NCBI RefSeq assembly: GCF_009914755.1
Contig: NC_060925.1
Reading direction: 5' to 3' (one strand)
DNA from: the human T2T-CHM13v2.0 reference genome, Homo sapiens
Length of the DNA: 64,000 bases
In this document: positions 38,030 through 51,845 of the stretch, piece by piece
How the letters are laid out: each line of letters opens with the position of its first letter
Position numbering within the stretch: position 1 is the stretch's first letter
Made by a program: the position numbers and the translations under genes
Notes under the pieces: generated by a model
Database searches by the model: none
Told to the model about the DNA's origin: nothing
What the model saw: only the letters and a program-made list of their open reading frames with translations

Positions 38030-38326
38030 GAAAATACAAAGTAAAAATAATAGTAATATGATAATCTCAGTTTATATAACAATTATGAGCCATGAGTCTA
38101 GGCTTAAAGGCAACCAATTGAGTAAATCAAATGACTATGGTGAGTTAGATGAGACCTGTTGTAATGATGTGGCCTGTTTTATTATTTTGCGTATTTGAGT
38201 CTCAATGTTCCCAGAGAAATTTATCCAGGTACAGCATGTAATATTAGCAATAGCACAGACATTTTCTTATTTAACCAATAGATACTACAGAGTATTTCTA
38301 TCATCTAGTATCTCCTGACTGAGTTG
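38030..38326 (-). pseudogene. Retroviral env TM subunit remnant
   Basis: Manual translation: QLSQEILDDRNTL*YLLVK*ENVCAIANITCCTWINFSGNIETQIRKIIKQATSL...DLLNWLPLSLDSWL...IIILLLFLLCIF (ISD-like segment, CX6CC, TM anchor; in-frame stops). Confidence 0.8.
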
Positions 38327-39578
38327 AATTAAAGCGGAATGAGCAATAGATGTATTGAGGATAGTTAAAGTTACTCATTAGGTGGACTAAATATTTTTAG
38401 GTCAGATTCTGTCAAGGTACCCCCAGTAGTATCTGTGAAACTTTAATTACATGATTATCCTGCCAAGTGAAAGAGATAGGCATAAATGAGAAAAAACTAA
38501 GAGGAGCTAGAGTCTCACTACGATGAGGGCTCTTGTTTTGTCACCTTGGGAAAAGCTGTCCATAGCATGAAGCCAGCAACATTATGTCCTGGATTGCTGC
38601 TGGAATGTCTTTGGTTATGGCATCAGGTGGTCTGGAGAACTTGCCATGTAGCCCAACCATCAGAAAGGCAACTTGTCCCTTAAAATTTAATTTCAGTTTA
38701 TAGGGCTGCAGAAACAGAGAGGCTCCCATTTTTAGCAATTCCATGGAAAAAAAGTTGATTGGAGGAACCTAGAAGAATTCAGGATCTAGCCAGTGTATAG
38801 TAGGGAATAAAAACTTGAAAATAATGCACATGACTAACAGGTGTAATACATATGTTTTTGGAAACATAATTTCTTGCTTTATAGTTTTTTTCCCCATTTT
38901 TACCAGAGATAACCAGAGTGAGACAAATTTGTTTGTAAAATAAATTTAGTTTCATCGATTTTTGTCTGATCATTTACGTAAGTGCAACAAGGATAGTAAT
39001 TGACTGCACAGGAATCTCAGATTTTAAAACCTCTTTAAGCTAGGAAGCTTAATCCAAGGCAGACTTCAGATTCCACCTGTAGTACTTATAAACAATTTAA
39101 CTATGACATCCCAGTCAAAACCTTGGTACTATAACTAATGTTTTCAGTTGTGTCCTGTTATAAACACAGCACATCCTTATTGAATTTATGCAAACAATTA
39201 TGTTGTCATAAAAAATAAAAATATTCATGAATAGTTTCCAAATTTTGGAGAGATCGAGTAGGGAGAAAAAGTGAATGCTTACACTTTTGTTTATAAAAGT
39301 ATACTTGATCAAATTACTGTAAACTATAGACAGCTTGAGAGAAAAAGTTTCCTTAAATTTGGAAAGCAAAACATTTAAGCAGAGAACCAATGATGTTCCA
39401 CATAAAAGTCATAGGAACATTTTCTTTATTACTTATTCAATTTTATGTAATTAGTTTTTGCTCTCTTTGATCTTGATGAGTAGTTTTATGAATGTATCAG
39501 TTTTATTAGAGTTCAAAAATATTTATTTAGTCCATTGATATAAAAGTTATCAGGAACCTGTATTTAAGAGTACTTGCA

Positions 39579-39893
<315 letters not shown>

Positions 39894-41609
39894 TTAGTTA
39901 GAGTCTTTTCCATGAAAAGCAATTTTGGATTACAACTGATTATAAATGCTTTTAGAGAAAAGTAAAAACAGCAACTGTGGATGACAAAAGCTTAAGTTAG
40001 TCATGGCTAAAAATCTAATGTGAGCTCACAATTGATGAGGAAATTAGTTATTTTTATTGCATTCAGGATAACCAGAATCCTGACTGACAGTATCACATCA
40101 GAACCATCACACCTTTGTAAATTTCATGCAGTCTTTGGAATAGTTGCATCAGCTTTTCATTGGCTATTCTGCACTCACTATTCTGAATGCTTTGCTACCA
40201 GAAGATTTTCAGAAGTGAACAGAGAGAAAAAAATGTAAAAAAGCCAAATTACTTACAGACATGCATAACCAAATCAAAATGAAATCAAAATAACAGTGCT
40301 CACAAAACTTTTAAGCCAGGCACACAGATCAAAGAAAATGTTAAACCAGGTCAGCAGAAAAAAAAAAAGTAAATTTACAAGAAAAGACATGACTCACAGA
40401 CAGAATGCAAATTTTATAGAAACCAAAATACTCAAACTAGAAAGACACTCGTCTTTATACCAGAAAGGGCTTGCCAGAAAAGACTTCTATAGTCCCAAGA
40501 GAAATGTAAGATTTTTAAATTTAAGGTAGCCTTATAACCAAAATAGATCCCAAATAAAGCCAAAAGAACTCACCAAAAAGGAGTCCAGGAATCTGAGAGG
40601 AGATTCAGCAGGGTAGAAAAGGTCAGCCATGGAGGTGGAGAGCTCAAAAGGGCTCAGCACAGGCAATTCACTCAATTTCAGGGGTTGTCCATCTGTCCAA
40701 CTAACCAGCTTCAATTCTACTTCTGACACCAAATTATGTCAAAACCTAAATAACAGACAGAGAGAGACACTCTGAAAAATAAAAGATATTTGTTTGAGAA
40801 TAAGCATTGCAATGGGAATATAGCAGATATATTTGGGGAGATAAAAGAAGACACAGGTTTTTAAAGGAAAAATGCAGAGGATCATATAATTTACTTTGAA
40901 ATAATTATTTTAGGCTACAAGGATCAATAGCAAGGGTGGTGCCAGTTCAAGGTTGGACAGGCGGTTGCTGGGAAGATGTCCTTGAAGAAATGCTTTTTAT
41001 GTGTAAAGCTGTGGTGGCCTTTGTGCAAGGCTGTGGTTTTCGCAGAGTCTTTCGTGATAGTTTTTATCATCACGTATGTGTGTGAGAACCTGCTCTTCCT
41101 GGACATCCCCCTGGCTCTAATTCCGAGGCTTTTGACAAAAGTGACTCCATTTTGATTCTGACAACCTTCACAATATGATTCCATTTATATGAAATGCCCA
41201 GAGTAAGTACCCTTCTATATAGAGACAGTAGACTTATGGTTGCCAGGGGCTGGGGAGAGGAACAAACGCGGAGTGAGTTGGATTGGGTATGGGATTTCTC
41301 TTGGGGGTGAAGAAAATGTTCTGAAATTAGATAGCAATGATGGTTGTACAACTTCGTAAATATACTAAAAACCACTAAACTGGTCACTTTAAAATGATTT
41401 ATTTTATGGTATATGAATTATATCTCAGTGAAAAATAGAGTCTATGCTACTTGGATTCACTGAATTATTCATCAAGCATTTATTAAACAACTATTATGTA
41501 TCTAGAATAGTTTTGCCAAAACCAAGTACCTAGCAGGCACTCTAAAATATTTGTTGGTTCATTGATTGGGTGACCATGCTTAGCCCTGGGTATAAAGGGA
41601 TGATTGAGA

Positions 41610-41850
41610 TGCAATTTATTATGAAGCCAGACCAACAAAAAAGAGTACATATCATATTATTCCTATATTATTCCATTTATACCAAATTCTATAAAATGAA
41701 AACAACTATAGTGACACAAAGCAGATCAGCAGTTGTCTGGGGATGGGAGGGAGGTCAGGGTGGGTCATAAGAGAGAGATTACAAAGAGGCGCAGGAAACT
41801 TTTAGGAATATAGATATGTTCATTTATCTTGATTGTGATGGCTCCATGGG

Positions 41851-41888
<38 letters not shown>

Positions 41889-42295
41889 TGTGTGTGTTTT
41901 TATGTCAAAACTTATCAAAATGTACATTTAAAATACAGTTATTCTTCAATAGCATGAGGGTTGGTGCTAGGACCTCCTGTGGATACTAAAATCTGCAGAT
42001 GCTTGAACCTCCAAAATAAAATGGCATAGTATTTGCACATAACCTATGCACATCCTTTGGTATACTTTAAATCATCTCTAGATTACTTATAACACTGAAT
42101 GCAATGCTAACACTATGTAAATAATTGTTATACTGTATTGTTTTTAAATTTGTGTTTTTTTATTTATTTATTTTAAAATATTTTTGATCCCTGGTTGGTT
42201 GACTCCAGGGATGCGAAGCCGAGATACCAAGGGCCAACCGTACATGCAGTTCATTGTATGTCAATTGTACCTCAACAAAGCTGTAAAAAAAAAAT
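41610..42295 (+). mobile_element. L1MC/ME-like 3' end containing (TG)n (41858-41897), split by MER2
   Basis: ttatcttgattgtgatgg...gtcaaaacttatcaaaatgtaca|catgcagttcattgtatgtcaattgtacctcaacaaagctg. Confidence 0.75.
41936..42240 (+). mobile_element. MER2 (TcMar-Tigger MITE)
   Basis: TA duplications at 41934-41935 and 42241-42242; core taaaatggcatagtatttgcacataacctatgcacatcc...aaatcatctctagattacttataa. Confidence 0.85.
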
Positions 42296-42422
42296 GTGAC
42301 TTCTCCAAGAGTTTAAAATATGGTGCAAGTGACAGCTGTGCACTGTCCCCCTGCAACTCCCAAATTCCTACCAGATCTTGAATTGCCTCTACTCTAATGT
42401 CCTAAATGTCATCATCTCCCCC

Positions 42423-42790
42423 TGTGTTAGTTTGCAAGGACTACCATAACACGGTACCACACACTGGGTGGCTTAAAGAACAGAAATGTATTTTCTCTAG
42501 GTTCTGGGGACTGGAAGTCCAAGATCAAGGTGTCAGCAGGCTTGGTTTCTCTTGAGGTCTCTAGCCTTGGCTTGCAGATGGCCGTCTTCCCATATCCTCA
42601 CATGGTCTTCCCTCTGAGTGCGTCTGTGTCTTCACCTCTTCTTCTTGTAAGGACACCAGTTGTGTTGGGTTAGGATCCACCCATACTATCTCATTTTAAC
42701 TTAACTACCTCTTTAAAGACCCTGTCTCCAAATACAGTCATTTGCTGAGGTCTGGAGGTTAGGATTTCAACATGTAAATTTCGGAGGACC
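42423..42790 (-). mobile_element. MLT1B-like LTR
   Basis: gggtggcttaaagaacagaaat...ggaagtccaagatcaaggtgtcagcagg...ccctgtctccaaatacagtca. Confidence 0.85.
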
Positions 42791-43339
42791 TTCTCACACT
42801 CTAATCTTCATGTCCTTGCAACTCTTTCACAAGCCTTCTTTCTAGAAAGCCTGTCCTTTGGCCTTAACGAACTTTGTTTCCCTCCCTACACACCCTGTTT
42901 CAGGGTGGGTAAATGCTTCAGCCACTCCTCTTGGGTAAATGGGCTCTCCACGCCTGTTGTCCCTCCACCTTGCCTGTCACCTCCATCACTCAACTCCAGG
43001 CAGCACTCCCCACGGTTCCTGTGAATTCAGCTGGGGAAAATGGAACCACTCTGTAAGTTACAGCTTAACAAACCTTTCGTGTATGACTCTCATGCACAAT
43101 GGTGAAACTTCCCCAAATAACCCCCATGCTGTCCCAGCCTCTACTGCTCACCTGTCCACCTCCACTTCAGTGGCTGACCTCCTTTATGGAGGACAAAGGT
43201 CATCAGGCTGGAAACCCCTAGATGTCCACCCTCCTTCAGTCTACAATGGGTCAGAAGACACCATTAGTTCATGACTTTCTTCCTCATGTTCTGATAGTTC
43301 TGAACATCTACTGTCAGCCCAGGATAGTCTTCACCAAAG

Positions 43340-43850
43340 TAGCCTTTTCAATCCTACCAACTACTCTGCAAAAGAAGTGTGGCTATCTCCACTTCACAGA
43401 TTAGAAAACAAGTGAGGGCCAGTCACAGAATGTGTCCAAGGTTACATGGCTAATAACCAGTGGAGATAGGATGAGGACACTGCCATTTCTTCCACCATTC
43501 ATTCATTCATTCATTGTGGAATGGCTTCGTTGAATAAACCAGGCATTTTGAAGAAGCTGGTGGCCAAAAATAAATAAAACACAGTCCCCTCTCACTTAGG
43601 TCTAGTTGGGGACAGCCACACATCAGATAATGGTACTACTGTGTAGTCAGGACCACTAATGAGAAATAGAATCCTTTGGTAGGGACACACAGTGCATTAA
43701 GACACTGAACTCGGTGCCAGTTTTAACTATTTGCCTCTGAGCACTTGGAGGGTAATGACCATTTATTTTTCTATTTTTTAGTCACTAGAATTGAGTATGG
43801 TGTTAGGCATTCAATCAATGTTTATTGAATATTTGTTGGAGCAAGTGAAT
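43340..43850. mobile_element. MIR and L2 fragments
   Basis: MIR core (cacttcacagattagaaaac...gtccaaggttacatggctaataa); L2 ends (cattcattcattca and taggcattcaatcaatgtttattgaat). Confidence 0.55.
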
Positions 43851-44274
43851 AACCTTGAGCTCACCTCTCTGCCTTACTGTCTTACACTCATTTTCATTCC
43901 CCCAGCATATGAGGGAGAAAATGAAGGATTATTCATTTTCTAATTAAGGTTTGTACAGGTGTCCCAAGATGTAACACAACATTGACTTCCCAATAAAGAA
44001 AATACAAAAATAAAAACTTAAAAGTGTTTAAAATTTTACAAAGAAAGGCCTCCAGTTTTGCTTCACAGTTGACAGAGGAATACTGGAATGAATTCACTGT
44101 AAAGTAAGTCTCTTGTTACCACAGGTGGGTGCTTATATACAGGTTGATTCCTGTGATTGCGTCAGAGCAACGAACATGCCCGTGAAGTCACTTCTAATAG
44201 GTCCTCTGTATCCTTCCTGCTTTGGGGACTGTGACAAAGAGGGATAAAACTATTGTTTCAGAACTACTGCTTCA

Positions 44275-44412
44275 GCTGGGTGTGGTGGCAAGCACCTGTA
44301 ATCCCAGCTACTTGGGAGGTTGAGGTGGGAGGATCACTTGAGCCCTGAAATTCAAGGCCAGCCAGGGCAGCATAGAAAGACCTTGTCTCTCAAAACAAAC
44401 AAACAAAAACAG
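44275..44412 (+). mobile_element. FLAM-like Alu monomer
   Basis: Single arm with (AAAC)n tail. Confidence 0.8.
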
Positions 44413-44424
44413 GAAAAAAAATGA

Positions 44425-44720
44425 CTGCTTCATGCAACAATATGGCTCAATCTTGAAGCAAGTTAAGCAATAGAGGCTAGACACAGGATTACCTAGTGTA
44501 TTATGATTCCCTTTCTATGAAGCTCAAGAATAGAGAAAACTTGTCTATGGTGATAGAAGTCAGGGAAGGGCATAGAAGCATTGACTGGGAGGGACATGAA
44601 GAAGCTTTCTGAGAAGACAGAAGTGTTCTGTGTCTTGATCTGGCTGGTGGTACAGAGATGTTACACCTAGGAGTAAAATCCATCCAGTTGTACATTTTAT
44701 AGCACATAAATTATGCAAAT
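44425..44720 (+). mobile_element. L1ME-like 3' end
   Basis: tctatggtgatagaagtcagg...tgttctgtgtcttgatctggctggtgg. Confidence 0.65.
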
Positions 44721-46523
44721 AACAATATTATATATCATATATTGTATACACTTATGCAAATAATAGTAATAATATGCAGGACTAGGAGCTGGACATTGTG
44801 AGACACACACACACATGCTATATTCTTGGGCCAAATATATTAGAAACTTTGCATGCTATGGCTCCCTGGCATATTTGCAATCTATATGAGTATATTAAAG
44901 ACTCTGTAAAGCCCTGAAATAAGGAAGCCTGCTCAACCCAGTATATCCCAAAGGCTTTTGAGCCTGAGTTCTCTTTTCAGTGTACCTACCCCCTTCTGCA
45001 GAGCATGAGTTGGAGAAGTGCTGGCGTAGGGAATTCTTCACTTCACAGTTGCAGAGATCCCCATAGCCTTTCGTCCTTTACAACTTAAAGCCCTGAATAG
45101 GAACATGCCTTTGAGGAGACTTGCATCCTCATCACACAACAAGCAACCAAATCTGGACCATAACACGTGCTGGGGCTGTGGATATACACATATTTGCAAG
45201 TGGTGAACAAAGTCTCTAAAACAAAACTCTACAAGAAGTAGGTCACCATAAATACTAAGAGTGATTTCATGAAGTGCTCTGGAATTGTGAACTCTTCCGG
45301 AGTCTGCGCAGGGCACCTAGAGTGAAGCCTTTTGTTCTGCTAATGTTGAATGAGGAAGATCTTGTTATTTTAGAATTTACAATTGGTGTACTGAACAGGG
45401 TGTAACTCAGGGCCTCCTAGGCTCATGCTTTCTAGAAAGAGTGCGATGTGACAGTCCAAGTCTTTAATGACTGGTAGGCATGGGCAGTAACTAAACAGAG
45501 GGACAGTGACCAGCTCACCATACCAGTGTGCAGAACGTCACCTCTGCATAGTGCTAACCTGCAGCCCTACTGACAGGCTGAAAATGTGAAACAATTTTAG
45601 GTACCAAAAAGTCTTAACACAGAGACTCCTACAACTGAAGTAGTTTGTGTGATTGACATTGTATCCCTAGAAGACTGTGCCTAAAAGAGAAGACACAATA
45701 AATGGCAAACTCATAGGCACTTTTTTATTTGTAACTGAAAATTATCTCACTGCCAGGTGAGACAACAATAACATGCATGACAGGAATGTTTGGTGAAGTG
45801 GGGAGTGGGGAAGAAGAACTAGTGAAAATTTCTTTTTATTCTGTTTCAAACCCATTTGGTCTGTTAAAATTTATTTAAAACATTCACAGGGAAAATAATT
45901 GTCCTCTTTGCTCAGTTGCCTTTAAGAAGTTGCAAGTGGAAGCAGGTTGGTAAAATGCTGAGGCCTGTAATTAATAAAGAAAACTTTCTCAATGCTAAAA
46001 TAAGCATTATTTGGTGGTGGAGGGGGGTGTTGTTGGAGGGTATGCTGCGAGCGGAGGGGAGACAGTGAGTAGCCTAGTTTCACAGCAACTGCAAAGGTGG
46101 GGGATAAAACATCTTGCAAACACCATCTGCGAGCTGTGTACAGCAAGTGCTGGAATGAACCTTCAGAGCAACCCACAGATTTCTGTATGCATCGTTGCAG
46201 AGCCAGCCCAGTCTCATAGTGACTACAAAGTGGGGAATAACATATCTGATCATGGCTGATTTGATTTCTCCTTCTCTTCCCCAATGCAGCCCAATCCAGG
46301 TGAGGTGACAGGCATGGATGTAGGTCATCCAAGTAGAGGGGATCTGGCAACAGTAACATGGAAGCTGGGCATGGCCTTTCAGAAGCAGTGGGGAACCAAG
46401 TTTCAAGGGAAAAGCAAACCAGAATTTTGCAAAGGATGATAATTATCAAAGGCACATTTTCTCTTTTTGTGATAGTTGTTCCTCTCAAATATCTTGCACT
46501 GGCCATAAGTCAGCATTCATATT

Positions 46524-47110
46524 TGTGCAGTAAAGGGTTAGTGCAGCAGATTTAGGTTGTCCCAACCCTGCAGATTCCAAAGAAACTGGCTCTTGACTGC
46601 AGCCTGGGAGACAAATTCCAAGCCCTGGAATATCCTGCCTGATGCCAGTATCTTTGAACACCTGAGGCCTTGGCCCATGCTGGACAGTATAGGTTAACAA
46701 TCCAATTTTTGGTGGGGGCCTTGGGCTATGCTGTATCAGTGTGACCTCTGGAGAGACTGGAGACTGAATAACTGAGATCAGCCACATGAGCATTCCATGC
46801 CTATATGGCCAGTTGTCAATAAAAACCCTGAACACCAAGGCTTGAGGGAGCCTCCCTGATTGGCGATGCTTCCTATAGGTTGTGCCACATCATTGCTGGG
46901 AGAAGTAAGTGCTGTTGTGCAGCTCCAGTGGGAGAGGACACCTGGAAGCTTATGCCTGGTCTCTCCGGGACTTCACCCCTGTGCCTTTTCCCTTTGCTGA
47001 TTTTAATATGTATTCTTCCACTGTAATAAACTGTAACCATGAGTATAACCTGAGTTTTGGGAGTCCTTCCAGTGAATCATTGGGAAACTTTCTGTCTGAG
47101 GGTGGTCTTT
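46524..47110 (+). mobile_element. LTR, MER77/MER68/MER21-group (MER77-like)
   Basis: tgtgcagtaaagggtta...ggaatatcctgcctgat...gggagaggacacctggaagc...ctgtaataaactgtaaccatgagtataac. Confidence 0.75.
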
Positions 47111-47559
47111 CTATATAACTTGATGATGGTCCTGGGGCCTTCTGGCCACAATGCTGTTCTAGCCCCAACCCAGACTGTCTCCTCCAGAAAGCCCTCAGCT
47201 ATGAATGCATTGCCCTAAGCACCAGCTGATGGTTAAAGCCCAGACTGTGATTTTACTTCTTGGCTCCCATCTTTCCCTAAAGCTGGACCCTCTCTTCCAT
47301 GTTCCCAGGGGTCACCTGGCCAGTCATATATATCCTGATCCCCCACCCCTGATCCAGCTCTCACCTTGCCTACTGCCTCAACTCCAGGTCACTGACATGG
47401 TTAAGACCAGTCTAGCATCCTGCCTCTGAAACATATTGTCCCAGGGAAGGAACAGACCAAACCCCAAAAAAGGTATTTTCCAGCTCAGTGTTATCCCTAC
47501 CTTGGCCTCTACCTGCCAAAAGGCAAGGTACATTGTCCTCTGTTCCCAGAGGAAACACA

Positions 47560-47950
47560 GGGAGTTGCTGGATCATTCTAGGAAGCAGACGAATGTCTTA
47601 TCTGCTCTCACACCATGCTGAACACTTCCTCAGCTACATCCAGCTGCCTCTGTCTCTTCCCAAACTCCTCGCTCAAATCTCACTCATCTTTCAGGTCTCA
47701 GTTCATGTGTTATTTCTTTGGGGACACCTTTCCTATGTCATAGTCTAGGCTGGGGCCTTTGGACTATGCTTTATAAAAACGTGGTCTTTTTTCCAAGCAG
47801 TTGAGCTGCGTTTGTGATTATTTGGATCAATGTCTGTCCCCCTGGAGCCTGCAGGTTCAATGTACGCTACATCTGTTTTTGCTCACCATTGTATCCCACA
47901 CCTAGCACAGTGCCTGGTTGGGTGCTCAAAGATATTTCTTAAATTAAGTA
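47560..47950 (+). mobile_element. L2 3' fragment
   Basis: gctcaccattgtatcccacacctagcacagtgcctgg...gtgctcaaagatattt. Confidence 0.6.
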
Positions 47951-48294
47951 TGAAATGTACAAAACACATCAGAATCATTTTGTATTTTGTAAAATCATTA
48001 CAATGTCCCCTTCCATACATGTATGCTCAATCTTTGCCATCTTTTGCCCTTGTAATTTGGTCATCTGTTCACAACCTTAAAAAGAATTAGAGAAGCGATT
48101 AGTTGCCAAGGTAACCCTCATAATTGGGAAAAAGGCAGCTCAGAGGGACACAGATGTGAAGGCCTGGGTGGATCAGTCATGCTCCTTCTGTCTTCCTCTT
48201 CCTGACAGTGAAAGGGAACAAAGAACTAACGGCACAAAGCAGCATGAACAACCGCGACGGAGAACAAGCTTCTCTTTGCAAAAATGGATGGAGA

Positions 48295-49010
48295 AAATTC
48301 TGACGTGCTAAAACACAGATGAGGCTTGAAGACATTACGCTAAGTGAAATATACCAGACACAAAAGGACAAACATAATTCCACTTATTTGAGGGACCTAG
48401 AGAAGTCAAATGCATAGAGATGAAAAATAGAATGGTTGTTGCTAAGGGCTGAGTGAGGGAGAAATGGAGAGTGAGTGTTTAATGGGTACAATTCCAGTTT
48501 GGGAAGATGAAAAAGATCAGGAGATGAATGGTGGTGAGGGTCACACAACAATGCGAATGCCACAGAACTTAATGCCGCTGAACTACATATATACTTAAAA
48601 ATGGTTAAAATGGAAATTTTTATGTTATGTTGATATGGTTTGGCTGTGCCCCCACCCAAATCTCATCTTGAATTGTAGTTCCCATAATCCCCACGTGTTG
48701 TGGGAGGTGATTAGATCATGGGGGCCGTTCCCCCATGCTGTTCTTAGGATAGTTAGTGAGTTCTCTTGGGGTCTGTGGTTGTACAAGGGGCTTTTTCCCC
48801 CTTCACTCTGCATTTCTCTCCCCTGCTGCCCTATGAGTAGGTGTCTTCTGCTATGATTGTAAGTTTCCTGAGGCCACCCCAGCTGTGCAGAACTGTGAGT
48901 CAATTAAACCTCTTTCCTTTATAAATTACCCAGTCTCCGGTATTTCTTCAGAGCAGTGTGAGAGCAGACTAATACATATGTATATTTACCACATAAAACA
49001 AAATTTTAAA
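48295..49010 (+). mobile_element. L1MB-like 3' end split by THE1
   Basis: cttgaagacattacgctaagtgaaat...aaaatggttaaaatggaaatttttatgt|atatttaccaca. Confidence 0.8.
48631..48976 (+). mobile_element. THE1 solo LTR (THE1C-like)
   Basis: tgatatggtttggctgtg...gactaataca; perfect 5-bp TSD TATGT. Confidence 0.92.
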
Positions 49011-50767
49011 AAGCAAATGGAGAGATCATTCTAGTTAATCAGGAATTCAAGGGAAGCAAATTGATGTTTTCCCTTTTAAACACTATAATTGAAGAATGTG
49101 AAACTTTATAAAGGCACCATATGGCATATGGGAAATGGGGTACATGGAAAACGGGGCACCAGAGCCACAGTTAGGGAGTCTCCTTGTGACAAGGGGGAGG
49201 ACACCTTGGCCAGATTCTGCTGCAGCTGGAGACCGAATATGTTTCTATTTATTTAATCTTGTCTCATGAGAGTGTGAGGAAAAATTCTCTTCTTCTTTGG
49301 GAGTTTACATGTCAGTTTTATGTATGCCTACAGGTCTTATAGTGGAAAAGCATCATCAACAATTTGAAAAGTGGCTTTCCAGATGGCGAGAGTAGGGGGC
49401 TGAATCTCTGCTAGGCTGTTGAGTACCTGCCATGCACCAGCAGGCACCTGGCTCTCCGTTAATCCTCACTCTAGAAGTGCCCCCACAGCATGTCTCAGGA
49501 AGAAACCGAGATTAGGAGAGACAAAAAAAACCATCTGGAGGTTATATGACTTCTAAGAGGCAGAGAAGAAAGAGAAATGTGTCCCGTGTCATGGAGGGTG
49601 GCTCCATCAGAAACAGAGGTGGTGTACCCTAGCATATCTTTCCTCTTGGGCAGCAGAAGCCTGGCATTACAGCTGTTCCAGACTTAATGTGAGTTACCAC
49701 CATGTCAACTCCAATTCCTCCCACTGGAATGGAGACCAGCCACAGGCACTCCCTCTGTATAGGATGCTGGGCATTCCCTTGGTTGGTAATGTGGGATCTG
49801 TGTGACTTTGAAGATTTCCTGTGAGAGGGACTCAGATGCCAAGATGTCAAGCAGCATATCCCCAGAAAGCAGGAACTCACTGGGAGAAGCTGGGAGGAAA
49901 TCTCCCAAAACCAACAGTTTTATGTGAAATGAAAGGTCTCAGTCTCAGATCAACTCCTCCCACCCTGCTCCACTCTCACTGTGCTCTGTCAAGCAATGCA
50001 GGTTGTTACAGTGTTTGAAGTGAGCTGATACTTGCAGAGGAAAATAAGACATGGAAAATGGGAGAAGAAGATTTCCTCTTTCACACACAACCTACTTTAG
50101 ACTGCCTCTTGTGTCATCCAAACCCTCTGTCTGATGACACCCATCCCAACAAGTGACACCCTATAATCTCTCATACTTAGAGCCAGGCTGGCCATTGCTT
50201 CTATAAGTTGCTCCAATACCTCAAAGGGCCACAACTTCTGATTAGAGGGCTCCATGTATCAAAGCTCTGAACGATGTATGTTTTCCACGATTGCTGTCCA
50301 GAAATGCCTAAGCTAATGATATTTTCTCCCAAGCAGGAGAAATGTGCTATTAACCAACTTGACCAGACCCAGGGAAAGAGGTTGTCAAAAGATGTCAGGC
50401 AGACAACCCTATGCAGAAGAATGAAACTAGACCCCCTATCTCTTACCATACACAAAAATCAAATCAAAATGTCATAAAGACTTTAATCTAAGACCATAAA
50501 GTAGGAAATTACTAAAAGAAAACATTGGAGAAACGTTCCAGGCATTGGTATGGGTAAAGGTTTTTTTGTGTAAAACCTCAAAGGCACAGACAAGTAAAAC
50601 AAAAATAGACAAATGGGATTACATCAAGCTAAAAAGCTTCTGCACAGCAAAAGAAACAATCAACAAAGTGAAGTGACAACCCACAGAATGGGAGAAAATA
50701 TTTGCAAACTATTCATATGACAGGAATTAAAAACCAGAATATATAAGGAGCTAGAACAACTTAATAG

Positions 50768-50918
50768 CTATATATATATATATCTATAGATATCTAGATA
50801 TCTATATCTTTATATATATCTAGATATCTATATCTATATATATATCTAGATATCTATATCTATATATATATCTAGATATCTATATCTATATATATATCTA
50901 GATATCTATATCTATATA
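50768..50918. repeat. AT-rich minisatellite, 26-bp unit TAGATATCTATATCTATATATATATC, about 4.8 copies
   Basis: Unit starts at 50795, 50821, 50847, 50873 and 50899. Confidence 0.92.
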
Positions 50919-51222
50919 TGATTTTAAAATGGGCTAAAGATCTGAATGGACATTTCCCAAAAGAAGACCTACAAATGGCCAACAGGTATATGAAAAATGC
51001 CTACCAGCACTGATCATCAGAGAAATGTAAATTAAAACCTCAATGAGATATCCTCTTACTCCAGTTAAAATGGCCTTTATCCAAGAGACAGGCAATAACA
51101 TGCTGGTGAGGATGCAGAGAAAGGGGAACCCTCACACACTGTTGGTGGGAATGTAAATTAGTACAGCCACTATGGAGAATGGTAAGGAAGTTCTGCACAA
51201 ACTAAAAATAGAACTACCATTT

Positions 51223-51845
51223 TGTTCCCAGACCAAACAGAGGATCAGGCTGCTATTTCTCATGGCCCAGTAACGAGATGTAGATGAACTGGGGAGGAAG
51301 AGAGTTTTTATTTCTGTAACTGGTTACAGGGAGAAGGCCTGGAAATTGTCGCCAGACCAACTCAAAATTACAAAGGTTTCCAGAGCTAATATACCTTCTA
51401 AGCTGTATGTCTACGTGTAAGTGTGCATTCATCTCAAGACATAAGTGATTAACTTCTTTTAATCTGTAACTAAGGTCTGAGTCTTGAAGACCTTCCTCTG
51501 GAGCCTCAGTAAACTTCCTTAATCTAAATGGGTCCAGGTGCTGGGGTGATTACTCTTCCCTTGTCTCCTGCTAAATCATGGAGGTTTGGGGAGTTTCTTC
51601 AGACCCCCAATAAACTTGTTTGTGGAGGGCTGGGGAGTTTCTTCAGACCCCTAATAAAACTTGTTTAATCATGCTTTAAGGTTCAGGAAAGGCCTGGGCA
51701 AAACTCTTGGTGGGCTTTTGCAACATTCCAGCCTTTGTATAAGGGCACTGGCTTTTTTTTAGCTTTTAATATTTAACTTAACCACTCAGTCAGTACTGAA
51801 ACAGTTGTTATGGAGGCCTGTGTTAGCAAGACCTGGCCTGCCACA
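51223..51845 (-). mobile_element. ERV1 solo LTR, PABL_A-like
   Basis: Reverse complement starts tgtggcaggccaggtc...aggcctccataacaactgtttcag; internal duplicated ggggagtttcttcagacccc; flanks ATTT/ATAT. Confidence 0.8.
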
